From: Octopus vulgaris
Taxonomy: Eukaryota
Assembly (NCBI GenBank): GCA_951406725.2
Contig: OX597832.1
Coordinates: forward strand, 68,076,001-68,140,000
DNA: 64,000 nucleotides
Direction: 5' to 3'
Below, in pieces: positions 26,682-40,482 of this stretch. Positions within the stretch are counted from its first letter, which is position 1. The number at the start of each line of letters is the position of its first letter. The position numbers were made by a program, and so were the translations under genes. The notes under the pieces were generated by a model, which did not search any database, was not told the DNA's origin, and saw nothing but the letters and a program-made list of their open reading frames with translations.

Positions 26682-27181
26682 ACAATAACAACAATAATAA
26701 TGTTGATAATAATTTTTTATTTGGTCGCAAGAGCTTATTTAATGTTACATGAAGAGACAAAGACGAATGGATTTTCTGGCATATCTACAAATGTTTTATT
26801 AGGGAATTTTGTGATATAACATCATACAAGTTGGCGTGTAATATTCATAAGGTTATGCAATACGTTACATAGAAACCCTAACACATCTTTTATTGATATT
26901 CTGTAAAATCCATTCTTTATTATCATACTACGCCATGCTTATATACATAGATAATTATATCTGAGGATATTATTGTTTATAATATAAGTGGCTTAGCATG
27001 CGTAAAACCAATAATGGTAAAAGAAATTGTCAATTAATAATTGAGGGTAATAACAAGCAGTAGCATCATGCTAAATATACCAGTCATTGATACGGGGTTT
27101 TAGAAAATTTATTCATTTGCCTGCTTTCACCTTTGTGTCTTTGTGTTTAAGTGAAAATTTATGGTTCAGTCATTTTGACTG

Positions 27182-27220
<39 letters not shown>

Positions 27221-27545
27221 GCACCGTTCCTTTATTGGTGAGTTCAACAAAAAGTACTTCATCCATGAGAGGTAAATATTGTTCGAGTCAGAGTGATTGC
27301 CTAAAAATACACAAGACGCTGTACAAGCTCGTCCGGTCATTGTTTTTTTCAGAAGCATGAAACTCATAGCAGTTCTTTTCAAATTTTCTGCGCGCGCGCG
27401 TGTGTGCGTGCGGAATATACCAAATTCGCAATTTCTTTGTAGTATCTTTTGTACAGTCTTAGAAATTGTACGATATACTTGTTAATTCTGTTGCACTGGT
27501 CGATCATTGCTAGTCCCACTGCCGGGGTAGGTCCTAGTCACTCGG

Positions 27546-27592
27546 ACTACTGAAGAAGTTGAAGTAGGAATCTTATGCTGAAACGTCTGTGC
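27546..27592 (+). ncRNA. Minimal hammerhead ribozyme motif in a PLE-type repeat
   Basis: CTGAAGA (27550-56)-ag...ct-GAAA (27580-83)-cg-TC-tgt. It has the palindromic acgt stem III and a GUC site; stem I is partly decayed. Confidence 0.6.
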
Positions 27593-28659
27593 AACAGACC
27601 TGGTGTCTAGAAATCACTGCAACATGGCTGACAACAAGAGGGCAAGAATAAGGAGAGTTTAGTGTTATGTGCTGGGGGGAGGGAGTGAAAGCTAAGGATA
27701 AAAGGTATCGGTCAACGGAGATGGGAAAGTGTAATGTCCATTAAGGATCTCATACCTGAGATGTTAGCCACGAAATTTTCTCTAGCGCAGAGAACAAAAT
27801 TCTTTCCAGCATTTCTTCCGGCCCGTTATGTAACCAGTTAAAACCCTACCGAGATTGCCTTTCATCTTTTTGTAGTCAATAAAATAACTGCCAGTCGAAC
27901 ACTGGGTTTATAAAATCGACTAACCCCTTCCATTGACATTTCAGGGCTTGTGGTAATAGTAGAAAGAATTAATTACACACACATACACACACTCACAGAA
28001 GCGACTCTACTCACATAATCACACACACATATATACATTATCCTGAAGAAATAACGCTGGTATACATATTTTTCTGTGCGTCACACGAACATATATAGTT
28101 ATACACATTGTGGGTTTGTAATGGGTTTTTTTTAATCAACAATCTATACCATTCACTAGGTAGACTTGTTTCCCCTAATCTATTTCCATCTGACGCCTGA
28201 ACAGGTGTAATGTTGTCATTATACCGAGACAATAAATATATTACTATTACTTTTATGATATGTTTGTGTTTCTATTCACTCGGTATTTCATTTAAATACT
28301 TAAATGTTTGAGGTGAGTCGTTAGTAATGAAATTATTTTTTTCTTTCAGACTATTAATTTCACCTTTCGATTTTGGTAAAGTGTTTTTCAATATTTTTAT
28401 CTACACCACCTTTACTATACTGCTTTGATCTCTGATTGTCATCAGGTGTCTCATTCCTGTATATATACATAATCTTACAACTATGTTCAAGTTAGGAATC
28501 TATATTTTAAATTAAGTATAGTGTGGTTCTTATCCCCCCAGACTACTGAGGTATGGGGAAAGCAATGTCTTTGATAATTTGAATATCGTAGTCGATTTGC
28601 TCTGATGAACTAATTTGTGTCATGTATTTCAGAATATTGTTTTCAAATGTTGGCCCTGA

Positions 28660-28838
28660 GCCAGCAGTTTTTAAAGAAAGGAGAAAGTCCATTTTCCCGA
28701 CCGCAGCATTTGACCGGCACAGAATTTATCGACTTATCGACTATGAAAGGCAGAGTTGAACTCAGAACGGAAAACCGGACGAAATGCCGCTAAGCATTTT
28801 ACCCGGTGTGCAAACGATTTTGCCACTTGTCTGTCTTA
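28660..28838 (-). mobile_element. SINE family A
   Basis: gaaaggcagagttgaactcagaacgg...gacgaaatgccgctaagcattttacccggtgtgcaaacgattttgcca. Confidence 0.75.
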
Positions 28839-30184
28839 ATTTATTTCAGATTATTAAAGTCACTTTTAGATATGAAATAACAATTATTCTCTATGCAGAG
28901 GCACGCTGTCACCACTCGGAATAGTGCAATAAATGTCAACAACTCTTCACAATTCAGAACACACATTTCTCATGTCCTCTGCGTTTCTCGACGTGAAACA
29001 GCAAAGAGTATTAGGATAATCCTAAATAGCATCAACAAAACACACATGGAAATCCAATAAAGAAAAACAAAGGTGGTCTCCACTGGCCTGATCATTAAGC
29101 TTAACAGTTTGAAGATAAAATTTGGTGATACAGAATATGGAGTTCCGTTTGGCTTAGAAAATACACCAGAGTAAAATTGATTGAGAAAATTACTCGATAA
29201 AGAGATAATCAAACAATTTATAATAAATTAGGCATCACTCTCTGCAACAAAAGCGATAATATAATAATCATCATCGATCTATCGATGTAGCAGTACCTAA
29301 TGACGATGAAGTTGAAGAGAAGTGAGGAGAAAATGTAAGGAGTTGCACCGACCGGCTTGAAGAATTAAAAATGAAGCAAACATATATGTTTCGAATCACA
29401 TTTCACAACAGCACAGTTATCACTGAAGGATTCAAAATTTCCTTTCTCACTCATGAGATTCTAGCTTCAGTTCCACGGCATAGTGATTTCCATATGCTTA
29501 TTTACAATAGTCTCAGATCAACCTGATTAGGGTTGATCACAAAAAATGTGAAGTCTACCAGATGAATAAAGAATATAATTCAAGCAGCAATCTTTGGGAA
29601 ACACGATGGCAGCTGGACTCTGATGTTTATGTTAAAGCACAAGTGTTTGTTATGATACTCAACCACTTAAAGACTAAGTATTTCTTTAACTGCCCAGCTA
29701 AAATGCTCGTCGTCGAAAGAGTCTAGGATCTATTTCTCTTTACTTTTAATTTGAAAAAATGGGTGGATAAACAACCGGATAAATATCCAGCCGTTTATGT
29801 AAGTTAAAACAATGAAGACATCCACGGAAATAGTTATACTGTGTATGTGTGTATCATTTTAAGTTATTCTCCAGATAAGTTATATCTGTTAATAACAGAT
29901 AAGTTAATCTGTTAATCAGCAACGTTCATCATCTGCTTCGGTATTTTGGTTTAACTTTGACATTGTCTACGATAACGTTGTTCATGAATTGTAAACAGAA
30001 CAATTTTACACGTATTTTCCATTCAACAATATTTTAATATAAAATTTCTGTGTTAAACTGGAAAGGCTTACCAATGTTTTCCATTCCATGATGCACCAAA
30101 TTCTTTTACGAAAGGTTAAGTTCTTGATGATTTTCTCGAACGGGAACCAAAGTTATCAAATAATACTTAATTTTAACGCGGGTC

Positions 30185-30465
30185 TACAAAGTGGCCGATT
30201 GCTTAGGGAGTTGAGTTTACGATCGTAATGCATGGGTTCGATTTCCAATCCTGAAGATGTTTTGTCTTTGAGAGAGATTCTACATTTTTGTGTTCAAGGC
30301 TAAAAAGCTGCAAATGAGCACCAGGAGAGTGCTGCTGCATTCCTTGTTGGCGTTATGCAGGAGGCAACAGCGAAAAGGGATGGCCGAGAGAATGTCTGAC
30401 TGCCCACGGTTATATAGGCACCTTACACTATTAGCGAAAGAATGGCTCAGGTTAACGAGGAATAT
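30185..30465 (+). mobile_element. Decayed tRNA-derived SINE (family D-like)
   Basis: gtggccgattgcttagggagttgagtttacgatcgtaatgcatgggttcgatt resembles the head at 47250. Confidence 0.5.
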
Positions 30466-30693
30466 GTCGACTATGATTTTTATAGTTCTTGCAGATTTTG
30501 AGACGAGGGCAAATTTTGAGACGAAGGCTTAATTACCATATATTAATGGAGCTTATTTTATTGTGTTCGAATGAAATACATATATTTAAATATTAGAGGA
30601 AATAAACAAAGCCAAAAATTTCGTTGCTCTCACGAGAAAAGGTTAACAGAAAAAAATTAATCTCTTCTTCTGATAGTTCATTTTATGTGCCCA

Positions 30694-30731
<38 letters not shown>

Positions 30732-31125
30732 GAGCACATACACATATATATATATATATATATATAAACACACATACGTATGAAATTGTTCAGAAAGCTG
30801 TATAGAAGTAGTCGGCTCGGATTAATAACTATAAAGCCGTACTAACACTGAGACCTATTAAATAACATTATATTGTATATATTATTACGATCAATAAAAC
30901 AAAAATTACTAATAAGTTATTTTTTAGTTTTTTCTTATTTTCTTTTTTTTACTGATTTGTTGCTGTTTTCTGTATCAATTGTCTCATGATAGATAATTGA
31001 AAATCACTGATGTAAGCGGCCCCAAATAGATATCGAGTTTGTGAGGAGTTTCTTCTAATAAAAACATTATTTTGCCATAAAATTGTTTGAAACAAAAGTA
31101 ATAACGCATCAATTTATATATATAA

Positions 31126-31173
<48 letters not shown>

Positions 31174-31408
31174 ATACATATATATATGTGTGTGTGTGTG
31201 TGAGCGTGCGTGCTCATGTGTATGTATATGTGTGTGCGTGCTCGTGTGTATGTAGATGTGCTTTTGTGTATGCAAAACAGAAAAAGAGCCTGTTTATTAA
31301 GATATTTTGTTACACGCATTTCATTAAGATTGATTATTAGTTATATAATATAAATTCCATAAATATTTTTATTTCATGAACAATCCCTCTTGTTTTGTTT
31401 TGAATTGC

Positions 31409-31464
<56 letters not shown>

Positions 31465-32327
31465 GTGTGTATTTATGTATACGTCACTAAAGTGACAGAG
31501 AGCACTATGTAGTACCAGCATTGCTAGATATAAGAGTCAAAACAACACAAATAGCCAGAGAAACACTATGTTAATGACTAACAAGGGAGACATGCTCCCT
31601 TTGCGGACATAACTAGATCACCGACAATCTCGAATTTTAACGCTACAGCATCTGAATTCTCATCGGTGGCTGTTACTGTGCCTAGAGTTTAACTCAACTC
31701 ACTTGTTGCAAGTCAGTGACCGATGGTTGCTTTGTTTACAATACTTTCCTGGCCGGAGCGGACCCTGGCTATCGCGCTGGCGATCTGATACTCGAGACTG
31801 AAGATAAGTCAACCTGCTTGAAACTGAGTCAGTCTCGTGATCATATTGTCTGCTGGAGGATGGCAGGGTTCACTCCCCTTGTCAGCAATATATATTGTAC
31901 ATAAATGGTGCAGTGCCGCACTGATAAACAGCTGGCGGAAGATCTGCCTGGGGTTAAACTAGTAGTAACATGGAGTAGACACTTTGATGTGGCGATTGAC
32001 TTCTTGATATTTTACAACTAGATATTCTGCTTTCATATTTATATATAGTTATACAAAGGGAATAATTAATGATATTATAGACGATAAAAGATAGTGCTCC
32101 ATGTTACGAGAATGATATGCTTTATAGCTTATAGTTTACAACAACGCTATCTTAGAGTGATTTGAAGAATTCTGTGAGAGTCTAATCTGTAAACTCAAAG
32201 TTACAGAATAAACAGGGAAACCCATTATGTCTTTTATATGTAATTCTTGCTGTTTTGTCAAGAACACATTTGAAAGAGGTTGAGAAATATGCGCCACTAG
32301 CCCACACACCATTTGTACGGTTTATAA

Positions 32328-32393
<66 letters not shown>

Positions 32394-33088
32394 TTTGAAA
32401 GAACATGTGCCATAAGTGAGATGGATAAAGAGGTGATTAACCGAGCGATTCAGAAATTAAACTGCAACAACTCTCTTGTAAAGAAAGCTACTTCCAGTTT
32501 CTTTCTCCACGCCTAGATAATCGCAAGAGCTTAGTCAACAGACTAAATTCAGGTGGGTTATGTCCCCTTCTCTCTGATACAATGGTTTCGTAAATTACTG
32601 AAATGGTCTACATACAACCGCAACGGTTAGCATGACTAAAGTGACGACAATCTACCATTCAATAGAAATGGTTATTTCATCAGTACATATGCTCAGACAT
32701 TTGCGAGTATATAAGTGCATATGCACTTGTATCTATATAGAGTGCATGTGGATATATAAGTCTGCACGTCAAGCTCTATACCTATGTGTTTGTATCGCTC
32801 TCTCTCTCTCTCTCTCTCAGTATATATGTATATATGTATGTGTATGTTTGCGTGTGTAATTACACATACACGTGTTTACGCATTTAAATATGCCTGTATA
32901 TGTCTAAGTGCAAGAATGCATCTGTGTGTACGTAACTATGTGTAATTACATTTTTCATTTTCTTCTTATAGGTTTCTTTGCATTCATACAGATTCATTTT
33001 GACTAATGTCTTCAGTGATCTTTAGTCAATCCAGTCTACAATGTTTGATTTTGTTTCATACAGTATACATTTATATTATTCCATGACC

Positions 33089-33297
33089 AAAGCGCGAGCT
33101 GGCAGAAGCGTTAGCACGCCGGGTGAAATTCCTAGCAGTATTTCGTCTGTCTAAGTTCTGAGTTCAAATTCTGCCGAAGTCAACTTCACCTTTCCTCCTT
33201 TCGGCATCAATAAATTATGTACCAGTTGCGTACTTGAGTCGATCTAAGCGACTGGCCTGCTCCCCAAAAATTTCGGGCCTTGTGCCTAGAGTAGAAA
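33089..33297 (+). mobile_element. SINE family A
   Basis: gagctggcagaagcgttagcacgccgggtgaaat...gttctgagttcaaattctgccg...gggccttgtgcctagagtagaaa. Confidence 0.9.
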
Positions 33298-33309
33298 TTA
33301 ACATCATTC

Positions 33310-33900
33310 CATCTCTGTGTGACCTCGGTCCTTAGGGCCGCTCCAAGCACTAGACTCTACAGTCATGACAGAAGTATACAATTAGCATTACTTGGATTGC
33401 ATCCCGAAAGGTGTCCATTGTCTTCAGAGCCAGAAAAGTTTTCAGATTCTTAAAATTGTTGAAACTCTACGCAGTACACAAGAGTACTACTATGCAGTAA
33501 CACGACGGATTGCCGTAATGAATTACAGCTACCACATCTTCGAAGGAGCTGCTGGCACACATGGAGACATCTGCATCCAGAGAAGGGCCACTCAGTTGAC
33601 AGCTATTAAATTACTTACAAAGACACCCCAGCTTCCAATCCATTCTTGTATTATCGCTTTTGTCCTTTAGCTACTGAAATCCATACTCATTCTTTGGAGT
33701 TGCCTCGTCTTATACTTCTTCCACTCATCGCTTCACCTCTCCTCTCTCTTTTTATAGTTACCATCACTCCCCCATATCGCACTCACCCCTTAGGTGAGTC
33801 CTTCTTATTCAGAACATCACCTATCAGAAATCTTCTTTCTGTTCATGTTGACCCGCAACTGTTTAAACAGAGCATTAATGACATCTATCTCACCGTCTTG
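33310..33900 (+). mobile_element. Very old CR1/Jockey-like LINE 3' remnant
   Basis: MNYSYHIFEGAAGTH...IQRRATQL resembles the MEYCSHIWxGA...LDxIQRRAxRL block that follows the RT domain. Confidence 0.35.
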
Positions 33901-33914
33901 AGGTGTATAATATA

Positions 33915-34118
33915 ACAGAAAAATCAAGAACAGATTAAAGTGTGGAAAAATTTTCAGTCAGAATATTTTGATTCACCCGTCCGCGAGTTTTGAAGATAAT
34001 CAAACAGAATTTCCAAATTTGGTTCATATGTTTTCCAGTAATTTTGCAAACACACAGATAAACAGACGAAGACAAGTGATTACATCACCCTGCTTTCGTT
34101 TACGCGCGCGGGGTAATA
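33915..34118 (-). mobile_element. Helentron/HINE-like non-autonomous fragment
   Basis: The minus strand begins tattaccccgcgcg...gcagggtgatgtaatcac, then a gtctgtttatctgtgtgtttg microsatellite-like block. This is the usual HINE layout. Confidence 0.4.
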
Positions 34119-34337
34119 CGAACAAAGAATAGTAATTTAGCGAAGTAAGATCTTCGGCTTAGAATTGCCAGAGAACAACTGAGGAACAACGTCAGAGTAC
34201 TCTAAGACGTGGTGCAACTCAGCACAGATTATTTCGGTAAAAAATAATGACAACTAAGCAAATTACAGTTCTACATTTAAGGAAAGATAGAACAATATTA
34301 GATTAATAAGCCCTAAAATTCACTCCATATTTGCCCA

Positions 34338-34397
34338 CGGGCATATGGCGTAGTGGTTTAGGGCGCGGGTTACTAACCCCAAGACTCCGAGTTCGAT

Positions 34398-34455
<58 letters not shown>

Positions 34456-34610
34456 CAACAACAACAACGAAAAATACCTTAGGAAAGAGAATCCAGGTTC
34501 GAAATTTCCTCAAGACACCTGAAGAAGGCTGGAGGTTATATCAGCCGAAATGTTGTGTTAACAACAAACACGATGAGAACAAATATCCATCAAATGTAAA
34601 TAATGTATAT
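34338..34610 (+). mobile_element. tRNA-like SINE head, (AAT)n(AAC)n spacer and hammerhead-bearing tail
   Basis: A box tggcgtagtgg and B box gagttcgatt (34338-34398), a trinucleotide tract, then a tail with a hammerhead at 34514-34559. Confidence 0.7.
34514..34559 (+). ncRNA. Minimal hammerhead ribozyme motif
   Basis: gacac-CTGAAGA-aggctg..cagcc-GAAA-tg-TT-gtgtt. Stems I and II are intact; stem III tg is probably CpG-decayed cg. Confidence 0.7.
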
Positions 34611-35886
34611 AATGAATGCAAATTAGCCCTTAATATGGTTAGTCGTTGTGCTATCGACAATCTCCGACAAGTTAGTGTTGGTATTTATCTTCATAACTGT
34701 GGACTCATCAAAGAAGAGTGTCATCATTGCAAGAAAGCCATGTTGGACTAGGAGACGAATAATTAATCCTTATCTTAACTTAAGCTGCAAATCAGTTGTA
34801 AAAGCTGAAAGGATTTCTTGACTGCCTCACCGACTAAATTCCTTTACAGGGAATATATATTTAGAGCATTATATAAGATTCCAAAATTCCAAGGCGATGG
34901 GTTATATGAAGGTGGCAAAAGGATCTGCGACATACAGAGTACAAAGAGTTATATACACATTTATTGGAAATAAAAAGATGAACACAAAAAAGAACGAAGA
35001 ACGTAGTTACAGATAAAGCAACGCATTAAAATAGTGCATAAGAATAATGACAAACAAGTTAGCCATCGGTCAGTAGCATATCGTCTGGTTTTCCTCGCAA
35101 CTCCCCCTCTCTCTTCATCTCTCTCCTCCTATCTTTTCCCCTATGTACGCATGTGTGCACACATGTAGCAATATATTTCTCCACACGATCCTTAAAAACA
35201 TTAATCTACCTCTTTTGAAAAGACACTACTTATAACAAGATTGTCTCTCTTAGTATTATTATATAATAGCGCAAGCGTAGATGCATACATACACAGATTT
35301 ATTTATTTATCTTTTCACATTTGCGCCAGATAAGGAAACAAGGCCTCCAAGATCCTTTACAAGGCCTCATACTGCTGTCTTGGCCTAAAAGATTCAAACT
35401 ACTGTGAAGTCCGCTTAAGGCATCCAGAACGTGAAAACCAAACACAGTATTCTCTCTTTTCTTAGTCTTTCTCCTTATGAGTAATGACTCACCAGTACAC
35501 ACATTCAGATTCGTCTACTCGAATGTGACACCAACAATCTCCTTCTTTCTCTCCCATGTCTGACTATCTTTGAAAATGTTAAATTCACTAAAAATATTGT
35601 CTATACAGACATTGTTTTATTGCCAAAATTTCCTGTCTATAGATTGTTGGACACAAATAAAAACAGTTAAAACTTATATAAATATTTTTATTCATTAGTT
35701 GTTTATGGTATTCTGAATATCGGTTTACCTTCAACTTCATTCGTTCTTGAATACACAACTTTATTTCAGTGAAGTGAATTATTATTTACTCGCCGGGTGT
35801 AAAACAACGAGCAAGGCACTATATATATATGTGTATGTGTGCGTGAGAGAGAGTGTATACACACACACACACACACACACATATCG

Positions 35887-35926
<40 letters not shown>

Positions 35927-35944
35927 ATGATGAAAATTGTATAC

Positions 35945-36560
35945 AGTGCTCAGGTGCACTACAGCTAAAATAAGTGCTGTTGGCGGATTTCAGGAAGCAT
36001 GGATGTTTTGAAGCATGTAGTGTCTGGACAGCTAACAACTGATGGTGGTAGTTCATTCCTTGCTTCAGTAATTTTGAACGTGAAAAAATGTTTCCGAAAG
36101 TCATGGGTGCTGTGCTGTATTTTGATTTTATAAGCATGGAATTCAAAAAGGTGCCCAAGGCTGTAGTTTGAAATATGGTGGATAATCTTGTGGGTGTCAA
36201 CCAAGTCAGTTGCCAGATATCTGAGCGTCAATGCATCCATGCCCAGGGAACAAGTCGTTCCGAGTATGGTTGATGTCTGACGGCAGGTATTCGTTCTGTT
36301 TCACGTTTCTGAGCTGTTTCCTGGATATATATATGCTGAGCAAGATAGGGGTTCCAGACTGGTGATGCAAATTCCAAGTGTAGACGTACTGCTGTCGTAT
36401 ACAATTTTAGATTGATAGCTGGACAGCGGACGACAAAGGTCTTACTAAGTGATGCTAGTACCCCCTGAGCTTTCTTGACTACCTCAGAGATGTGGTTTGT
36501 CCAACGCAGATCGTAGTTTACAATACTGCCCAGATCACTTCCGCTGGACGATTTCTTGAG
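35945..36560 (-). mobile_element. CR1-clade LINE 3' remnant
   Basis: DLGSIVNYDLRWTNHISEVVKKA, LKLYTTAVRLHLEFASPVWNPY, FRKHFFTFKITEARNELPPSVV. Confidence 0.9.
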
Positions 36561-37184
36561 ATTTGTGCAACTAAGGGAGTATATATATGTATCAGAGAGA
36601 ATAGTGCCAAACTTAAAAATGCGATAATCGATATACAGTTTCAGTGCTGTAATCACAATGTCAATGAAATGAAATTGATCGATGCGTAGGAGCTAAGCCA
36701 AAGGATGTCATATCGATGTTTGTGTGCGTGTATGGCTAAATAACATAACACGTCCTTATATTATTTTAGCAGACTTCTTTAATCGTCAACTGAGTCTCAA
36801 GGGACAAGAATTCCGTTCACGGCACTGGAAGATATGCGAAATGAGAGTATAGAGCACGTGAAAAGCATGAAACAGTCTTCCTGAGTCAGTTATGGAGCTT
36901 TACAGCTATTGAATGTGGATATGACAAATTCATTGACAAATTATTCTGCGATTTGGAATATATAAATTCATCTAGAAACTCTAGATAGGATATATATTAC
37001 GTCATATGTAAACAAACAAAAGTTTGGTTTTGAAGCGCTGAAATGTATTGTAGTACAAGTAGAAAGGTATATTTTTCTGGCTTCCTAGATGAGTTTGAAA
37101 TTGAAGGAATGTGTGTCCGAGTCTCATGGCTGGTGGCTGACAGATATTTCTCCTCTGTAAGGATTTTATATATTATTTTTATTT

Positions 37185-37311
<127 letters not shown>

Positions 37312-37466
37312 AACATGTGTACAAAAATAGTACCAGCTTTGATAGAAAAAAAGAGTTAAAAACGACTCGAAATTCACACAAAGCACTAACCTCGTGAGTT
37401 GAGATAACGAAAAAAAAACACCTTTCTATGGTGAGACAGACTCACAAAATGAAGTAAACAGATATA

Positions 37467-37521
37467 TCCATATCGCGTGTTTTCGAACGCTGATCAGTTA
37501 ATCATAGTTCTCATCAGTGGA
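37467..37521 (-). ncRNA. Minimal hammerhead ribozyme motif
   Basis: Minus strand: tcca-CTGATGA-gaac...gttc-GAAA-acacgcga-TA-tgga. Confidence 0.75.
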
Positions 37522-37706
37522 ACTTACTATTACTCCGGGCTAATATGGTAGCCTGCTTCGTGCAGCTTATGAGAAAACCGTTGAAAGCTTGTGTTAATTC
37601 AGACCGGTCGAAGTGTATAGTATAAATAAAACAATATAATGTATTAAATATATTATATTATAGGTGGCCCTGTAGCAATTAGAACCTTAAAGGCTATACC
37701 AGCAAG

Positions 37707-37758
37707 TTCTACTGATGGAACTAAGATTTAACCAGAGTTCGAAATCACGTGATATGAA
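37707..37758 (+). ncRNA. Minimal hammerhead motif with a 1-nt core deletion
   Basis: ttcta-CTGATG-gaac...gttc-GAAA-tcacgtga-TA-tgaa, with a perfect palindromic stem III (atcacgtgat). Confidence 0.65.
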
Positions 37759-37952
37759 TATATCTGTTTACTTCATTTTGTGAGTTTATCTTACTATAAA
37801 AAGGAGCTTTTGCTCGTTCCCTCGCTTTTCGTCAACTCATGATGTTAGTGTTTTGAGTGGTTTTCGAGTCATTTTTGACAATTCTAGCAATACTTAGTAC
37901 CTTTGTTTCTTTTTATGCCTTTAGGTGTTATTGCTAATAGGCCACCTATATC

Positions 37953-38008
<56 letters not shown>

Positions 38009-38015
<7 letters not shown>

Positions 38016-38596
38016 TGAGGGTATCCAGGATGCCACCATGCTAGTGATGGAAGCGACAGCAAAAGCCTGATTCTAAAACCACATCAAGTACTCGTACAGC
38101 ACAAGGTGAAGAGACAAATAGACAAAGAAACTAGCAAAATACTGGATAATCCCAGATCCTGCGTTTCTGGCTCTGTATAAAAATATAATTTGCCTCTTCA
38201 GTGAGATAAACCATAATATATCACAAAAATGCAAATATATATATGTATATATACAAACAACATACGAATACTTACATATACGCAGGTATACATGCATATG
38301 TATATATATGCACAACCGGTTTGATTGTTTGTCTAAATACGACATGCCATATGGTCAAAATACTACCGTAGTGAATATTGTTACGAAGTGAATATAAATA
38401 AGGGTAAAACCGTTATTCAAAATAACGATCATATCATACAGAGCCACAAACCTAGGATCTGGGATTATCCAGTGATTTGCTAGTTAATTTGTCTCGTCTC
38501 TTCACCTTGTGTAATATGAATACTTGATGTGATTTTAGAGTCAGGCTTTGGCTGCTATCTCTAGCATGGTGGTATCTTGGATACTATCAATTATAA
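38009..38596. repeat. Foldback element with ~170-bp inverted arms (38009-38179 and 38436-38596)
   Basis: ctggataatcccagatcct/aggatctgggattatccag, cacaaggtgaagagac/gtctcttcaccttgtg and ccaccatgctag/ctagcatggtgg. Confidence 0.9.
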
Positions 38597-38699
38597 TTTT
38601 AACAATAATTATTACCTATATCGTTTTTCTTCCCATGCTGGCCACTTGATATGATCGTTATTTTGAATAACGGTCATATATGTGTGTGTGTGTGTATGT

Positions 38700-38895
38700 A
38701 TTTCTGTGTGTGTCTGCCCAACACCGCTTTACAACCAATGTTGGTGTGTTTACGACCCCGTAATCTAGACGTTCAGCAAAAGAGACCGATAGCATAAGTA
38801 CTAGGCTTACAAAGAATAAGTCTTGGGGTCGATTTGTTCGACTAAAGGCGATGCTCCAGCATGGCCACAGTCAAATGACTGAAACAAGTAGAAGA
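38700..38895 (+). mobile_element. SINE family B, 3' half
   Basis: aaagagaccgatagcataagtactaggcttacaaagaataag...ctccagcatggccacagtcaaatgactgaaacaag. Confidence 0.9.
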
Positions 38896-39385
38896 GTACA
38901 TACATATATATATATGTGTGTGTATGTATTTAGCATATATAATCATACTTTCATAGAAACACAGATACACACTCAGACTTGCATACATATTTCTAAACAT
39001 ATATGAATGTATGTATAAAACACGCATGCATATCACGCATGCGTACATACACTCAATTCATCACACAACTACACACACACACAGGCAAGTGCCCGCACCC
39101 ACATACATACACACACACACAGCCTTCCAAACTGAATGTGCGGACTGCGAAGAAAACTATTTATCATCGTATTTATTAAGATCAGATCGAGCGATATCAG
39201 TTCTTTATCACATTTTGTCCCCCAAAATGGCAGAATTATTTATTCTTTTGGTCCCACTACGTGTAACAACAAAATCTAAGTCCTTGGATTACAAATGCAT
39301 ATATGCATACGTAAGGTTATATGAATATGTATGCGAGTGTACATGTCTGCGGGTGTGTATATTTATGAGTGCATGAGCGTGCATC

Positions 39386-39424
<39 letters not shown>

Positions 39425-39582
39425 CACATATATTATCACAAACGTATGTATTCATATGCCTATATATATGCAATTAACTGTACATATACACACTACATAC
39501 GCATATACACATGTATACACAGGGAGATAGGTAGAAAGTATATATATAGAGAGGGATAGAGAGATACATGCATACATACACA

Positions 39583-39653
<71 letters not shown>

Positions 39654-39919
39654 CGCACACACACGCAAATATATATCTATATGTGTGTGTGTATTTATAT
39701 TTATTGACATATACACATATCCAAGTAAACATGAGATTGTGTTGTGAGTGTTTGTACATAGAGCGAAAGTAAAGGGGAAAGCAAACTGCGAGCGTTGGTT
39801 TTATTGAACACTATCTTCAATATCAGTCTATCTTAGTCTCTCTCTCCCACACACACACACATATATATATACACATGTGTATATATATATATATATATAT
39901 ATACATATATATATGTGTA

Positions 39920-39954
<35 letters not shown>

Positions 39955-40305
39955 GTGTGTGTGTGTTTGTATACACACATATATATATATTCATATACAA
40001 ATATATGTATTATACATATACCTTTATATATGTATTTTTATTAATGTCCGTACCAGTGAGCGTGTCGTTTGTGTGTGCATGTTTGAGTGGATGTACATGT
40101 ACTTCCGTGCGTGCGTGCGTGTGTGTGTGTAAACTTTTTCTTCATCTGGTAATAAAATATAGATAGTTGATTATGAAAATTCACGATATGTTTTTATTAT
40201 TTCTATTTTCTTTATTTGTTTTTTATCTTTGCAGTATTTCAGGGGTTTTTTTTTTAACTTTTTTTAGTTCTTGTTTTGAATTGTTAGATATTATAAATAT
40301 GTGTT

Positions 40306-40353
40306 TATAGAAGAAGAAGAAGAAGAAGAAGAAGAAGAAGAAGAAGAAGAAGA

Positions 40354-40387
<34 letters not shown>

Positions 40388-40482
40388 AGAAGAAGAAGAA
40401 GAAGAAAAGAAGAAGAAGAAGAAGAAGAAGAAGAAGAAGAAGAAGAAGAAGAAGAAGAAGAAGAAGAAGAAGAAGAAGAAGA
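40306..40482. repeat. (GAA)n microsatellite
   Basis: Direct reading of the sequence. Confidence 0.97.

Larger units (their letters stand above)
37355..37879. repeat. Inverted pair of PLE pseudo-LTR-like units (37355-37525 and 37703-37879), each with a hammerhead
   Basis: ctcacaaaatgaagtaaacagatatatccatatc mirrors gatatgaatatatctgtttacttcattttgtgag, and homology extends to the gactcgaaa/tttcgagtc ends. Confidence 0.85.
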
